Source: Longimicrobiales bacterium (GTDB taxonomy: Bacteria; Gemmatimonadota; Gemmatimonadetes; Longimicrobiales; Gaopeijiaceae). Taken from it: DNA of 64,000 nucleotides. Positions within the stretch are counted from its first letter, which is position 1. Each line of letters opens with the position of its first letter. Both the position numbers and the translations under genes were made by a program. The stretch covers positions 2,528,001 to 2,592,000 of the forward strand of contig OZ250165.1 in assembly GCA_965238005.1 (NCBI GenBank), in the 5' to 3' direction. The notes beneath the pieces were generated by a model. The model searched no databases, had not been told where the DNA came from, and worked only from the letters and a program-made list of their open reading frames with translations. This document shows positions 60,600 through 64,000 of the stretch, one piece after another.

Positions 60600-62043
60600 T
60601 TCCTCAGCCGATCGCTATAGCCATCCGCTCGGAGAGCGCTACGCTTCCCGCGAGATGCAGGCCATCTTCACTCCGGCCAAACGCTACGGAACCTGGCGGC
60701 GCCTGTGGCTGGCCCTGGCAAAGGCGCAACAGGAGCTCGGCCTCTCCGTCACGTCGGAGGCCCTGGACCAGATGCAGCAAGGGCTCGACGACCTGGATCT
60801 CGAGAAGGCCGCGGAGTACGAGCGCCGCTTCCGCCACGACGTCATGGCGCACGTGCACCTCTTCGGCGACGTGGCGCCCGCGGCAAAGGGCGTCATTCAC
60901 CTCGGGGCCACCAGCGCCTTCGTCGGAGACAACACGGACCTGATCCTCCACCGGGAGGCCCTCACCCTGATCCGGGACCGGCTGGTGCGCTGCGTGGCGC
61001 GTCTCGCCGACTTCGCTGCCACGCACAAGGATCTGCCCACGCTGGGCTACACCCACTTCCAACCTGCCCAGCCGACCACGGTGGGCAAGCGGGCCACCCT
61101 CTGGCTACAGGATTTCATCCTCGACATCGAAGAGGTGGAGTTCCGCTTGAAGACCCTGCGCTTCCGGGGGGTGAAGGGCACCACCGGGACCCAGGCGTCC
61201 TTCCTGGAGCTCTTCGCGGGAGACACCTCAAAGGTCGACGCGCTCGACCATGCCATTGCCCACCGAATGGGCTTCGCGGAGCGCTTCGGCGTGACGGGTC
61301 AAACCTACCCCCGAAAAGTCGATGCTCAGATCCTGGGCTCCCTGGCCAACGTGGCGGCCTCCGCGTCCAAGATGGGGCACGACCTGCGGCTCCTGGCCAA
61401 CCTCCGAGAGGTGGAGGAGCCCTGCGAGGAGGAGCAGATCGGCTCGTCGGCCATGCCGTACAAGCGGAACCCCATGCGGGCCGAGCGCATCTGCGCCATG
61501 GCGCGCCACGTCATCGTCTTGGCCCAGGATCCGCAGTTCACGGCGGCGACCCAGTGGCTGGAGCGCACGCTGGACGACTCGGCCAACCGGCGGCTCTCGA
61601 TCCCGGACTCGTTCCTCGCGCTGGACGGCATTCTGGTGCTGGTGGAGAACGTCTCGTCGGGACTCGTCGTGAACTCCGGGGTGATCCGTCGCAACCTGGA
61701 GGAGCATCTCCCCTTCATGGCGACCGAGGCCATCCTCATGCACGCTTCGGCCGCGGGAGGAGACCGCCAGGTGCTCCATGAGAGTATCCGACGGCACTCC
61801 CTCGAGGCCGCCCGTCGCATGAAAGAGGAGGGCGCGGAGGCCGATCTGTTGGAGCGTATCGCGGGTGACGACGCGTTCGGGATGACCTTGTCCGATCTCC
61901 GAGAGATCTCCGAGCCCGCCCGCTTCGTGGGGCGGGCTCCAGAGCAGGTGGACCGCTTCTTGGCCGAGTGGGTACAGCCGGCCTTGGAACGCCTTGAAGC
62001 CGGCGCCAACGAGCGCCTGGGAGAACCCGATGTCCGGGTCTGA
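60592..62043 (+). CDS. purB: Adenylosuccinate lyase
   Basis: RHDVMAHV, IHLGATS, THFQPAQPTT.GKR, GSSAMPYKRNP. Confidence 0.96.
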   Translation: MADSSADRYSHPLGERYASREMQAIFTPAKRYGTWRRLWLALAKAQQELGLSVTSEALDQMQQGLDDLDLEKAAEYERRFRHDVMAHVHLFGDVAPAAKGVIHLGATSAFVGDNTDLILHREALTLIRDRLVRCVARLADFAATHKDLPTLGYTHFQPAQPTTVGKRATLWLQDFILDIEEVEFRLKTLRFRGVKGTTGTQASFLELFAGDTSKVDALDHAIAHRMGFAERFGVTGQTYPRKVDAQILGSLANVAASASKMGHDLRLLANLREVEEPCEEEQIGSSAMPYKRNPMRAERICAMARHVIVLAQDPQFTAATQWLERTLDDSANRRLSIPDSFLALDGILVLVENVSSGLVVNSGVIRRNLEEHLPFMATEAILMHASAAGGDRQVLHESIRRHSLEAARRMKEEGAEADLLERIAGDDAFGMTLSDLREISEPARFVGRAPEQVDRFLAEWVQPALERLEAGANERLGEPDVRV

Positions 62044-62047
62044 CGCC

Positions 62048-62968
62048 ATGGCTGTGGCAGAGTCACAGCTACGCCTGCCCCTCGTCCACCAGGGCAAGGT
62101 CCGCGACGTATACGACGCCGGACACGACCTCCTCTTGATGGTGGCGAGCGATCGCGTGAGCGCCTTCGACGTGATCCTCCCCCAGCCGATTCCCCGCAAG
62201 GGAGAGGTGCTCACGCAGCTCACGGCCTGGTGGCTGGACTCCCTCCGTGACCAGATCGACCACCATCTCATCAGCCTCGACCCCGACGAGATCGTGGACC
62301 GGGTCCCAGCCCTCGGCGACTCGAGAGAGGCGTGGGCCGCTCGCAGCATGTTGGTGCACCGAACCGAGCCCGTCCTGGTGGAGTGCGTGGTGCGGGGCTA
62401 CATCTCGGGCTCGGCGTGGAAGGAGTACCGTACATCCGGTACCCTGGCCGGGGAGCCGCTTCCTGAGGGCCTGGTGGAGAGCGGCCGCCTGGAGCAGCCA
62501 ATCTTCTCGCCGGCGACGAAGGCACAGACCGGCCACGACGAGAACATCCCCTTCTCGGGTGTGGTCGAGCGGCTGGGAGACGAGGTCGCAAACCGGCTGC
62601 GGGAGCTGTCCTTCGCGATCTACGGGCACGGCGTGACGTTGGCCGAGGAGAGGGGGATCATCCTGGCGGACACCAAGTTCGAGTTCGGGTATCATCGGGA
62701 CGGCCGGCTCCTCCTCATCGACGAGGTGCTCACGCCGGACTCCTCCCGCTTCTGGCCGGCGGACCGCTACCTGCCGGGGCAGAGCCAGCGATCCCTGGAC
62801 AAGCAGCCCGTACGCGACTTTCTGGACGGACTCGACTGGGACAAGTCGCCACCGCCGCCCGACTTGCCGGATCACGTCGTCGATGCCACTTCAACGAGGT
62901 ACTTGGAGATTTTCCGGTGTCTGACCGGAACAGAGCTCAATGCCTTCGAGCCCCCTCGCTTCGGCTGA
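62048..62968 (+). CDS. purC: SAICAR synthase
   Basis: GKVRDVY, SDRVSAFD, ECVVRGY, ADTKFEFG, DEVLTPDSSRFW. Confidence 0.96.
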   Translation: MAVAESQLRLPLVHQGKVRDVYDAGHDLLLMVASDRVSAFDVILPQPIPRKGEVLTQLTAWWLDSLRDQIDHHLISLDPDEIVDRVPALGDSREAWAARSMLVHRTEPVLVECVVRGYISGSAWKEYRTSGTLAGEPLPEGLVESGRLEQPIFSPATKAQTGHDENIPFSGVVERLGDEVANRLRELSFAIYGHGVTLAEERGIILADTKFEFGYHRDGRLLLIDEVLTPDSSRFWPADRYLPGQSQRSLDKQPVRDFLDGLDWDKSPPPPDLPDHVVDATSTRYLEIFRCLTGTELNAFEPPRFG

Positions 62969-62992
62969 CTGCCGGAGGACCGAAAGGACCCC

Positions 62993-63688
62993 ATGAGGTT
63001 CGCGCGGGAAGGCTATCCGTTCATGCTGGCAGGGTCGATGCTGGCCGCGCTGACTTGGGCCGCCGTTCCCATCTGGGACGCCTGGGTGGCCGTCCCTGCC
63101 GGAATGCTCACGGTGCTCGCCGGATTCGTCTTCTACTTCTTCCGGGACCCGGAACGCCTGGTCCCCGCAGGCGGGGGCGTCGTTCTCGCCCCCGGCGACG
63201 GAAAGATCATCGACATCCGGGAGGTGGACGAGCCGTCCTTCTTCGAGGGCCGATGCCGGCGTATCACCATCTTCCTCAGCGTCTTTGACGTCCACGTTCA
63301 GCGGGCCCCGCTTTCGGGCAGAGTCACACACCGCGACTATCGTCCCGGGAAGTACGCCGTGGCGTGGCACCCCAAGGCGAGCGAGGCCAACGAGCAGTCG
63401 TCCCTGGGGCTGAGCACTCAGTGGGGACACGTCCTGGTGAGGCAGATCGCGGGGCTGATCGCACGTCGCATCGTTACCTATCCGAAGAAGGGTGAGGTGG
63501 TGCAGCGCGGCGACCGCATCGGGCTCATCAGGTTCGGCTCCAGGGTGGATCTGTTCATCCCCATCGACTGGCCTCTGTCCTGCGCCATGGGCGACAAGGT
63601 CGTGGGTGGGGCCACGGTCTTTGCCCATGTGAAGGACCAGGCCAGCACACACAGGGCCCAGGCCGGCACACAGGAGGCAAAGGCATGA
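62993..63688 (+). CDS. psd: Phosphatidylserine decarboxylase proenzyme
   Basis: FFRDPER, IFLSVFDVHV.RAP, QIAGLIARRI, IRFGSRVD. Confidence 0.93.
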   Translation: MRFAREGYPFMLAGSMLAALTWAAVPIWDAWVAVPAGMLTVLAGFVFYFFRDPERLVPAGGGVVLAPGDGKIIDIREVDEPSFFEGRCRRITIFLSVFDVHVQRAPLSGRVTHRDYRPGKYAVAWHPKASEANEQSSLGLSTQWGHVLVRQIAGLIARRIVTYPKKGEVVQRGDRIGLIRFGSRVDLFIPIDWPLSCAMGDKVVGGATVFAHVKDQASTHRAQAGTQEAKA

Positions 63689-64000
63689 TCGACCGTCCGA
63701 GGGCCAGCACGAGGCTCCAGAGGGGAATCATCATCCTCCCGTCGGCCTTCACCATGGCCAACCTGTTCTTCGGGTTCTACGCCATCGTGGCGGCCACCCG
63801 TGGTGACTTCGAGTGGGCCGGTTGGTTCATCGTGTGGGCTGCCGTGACGGACTTGCTGGACGGGCGCATCGCGCGCTTCACCAGGACCGGATCGGCCTTC
63901 GGAGGGGAGCTGGACTCCCTGGTGGACGCCATCTCCTTCGGTGTGGCGCCGGCCTTCATCATGTACACGCTCTACTTCTCGGACGGGAACTGGAGCTGGG
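63685..64000 (+). CDS. pssA: CDP-diacylglycerol--serine O-phosphatidyltransferase (3'-truncated by window edge)
   Basis: LPSAFTMANLFFG, D.LDGRIAR....S.FGGELDSLVDAISFGVAP; follows psd. Confidence 0.9.
   Translation, partial: MIDRPRASTRLQRGIIILPSAFTMANLFFGFYAIVAATRGDFEWAGWFIVWAAVTDLLDGRIARFTRTGSAFGGELDSLVDAISFGVAPAFIMYTLYFSDGNWSW

Overview
GC-rich bacterial chromosome segment; gene content and order suggest Gemmatimonadota or a similar lineage (inference only). It has four components. (1) Apparently intact housekeeping blocks: acnA; nfeD-floA; rplU-rpmA; rne; aspS-phoH-7TM-HD-ybeY-mgtE; rlmN; lepB; trpD/C/F/B/A; lexA; truA-tal-htrA-purB-purC-psd-pssA. (2) Mobile elements: a degenerate group II intron, a DUF222-HNH gene, an IS3 inside rqcH and an IS1182 at the trpD stop codon. 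(3) A B12-dependent acyl-CoA mutase / AtuA / carboxyltransferase cluster; the mutase carries isobutyryl-CoA-mutase signature residues and two genes carry single in-frame stops. (4) Several accessory genes eroded by deletions, some joined at apparent microhomologies. The best candidate for an undescribed system is a translationally coupled HEAT-repeat + HD-GYP gene pair between trpB and trpA; by eye the two proteins share an unnamed ~100-aa N-terminal domain. Other leads are candidate direct-repeat LexA boxes, a structured rne leader, a triple TACGTA operator-like array and a 17-unit GGA tract. No rRNA, tRNA or CRISPR array was seen. All calls come from reading the sequence and recalling motifs; no database search was run.
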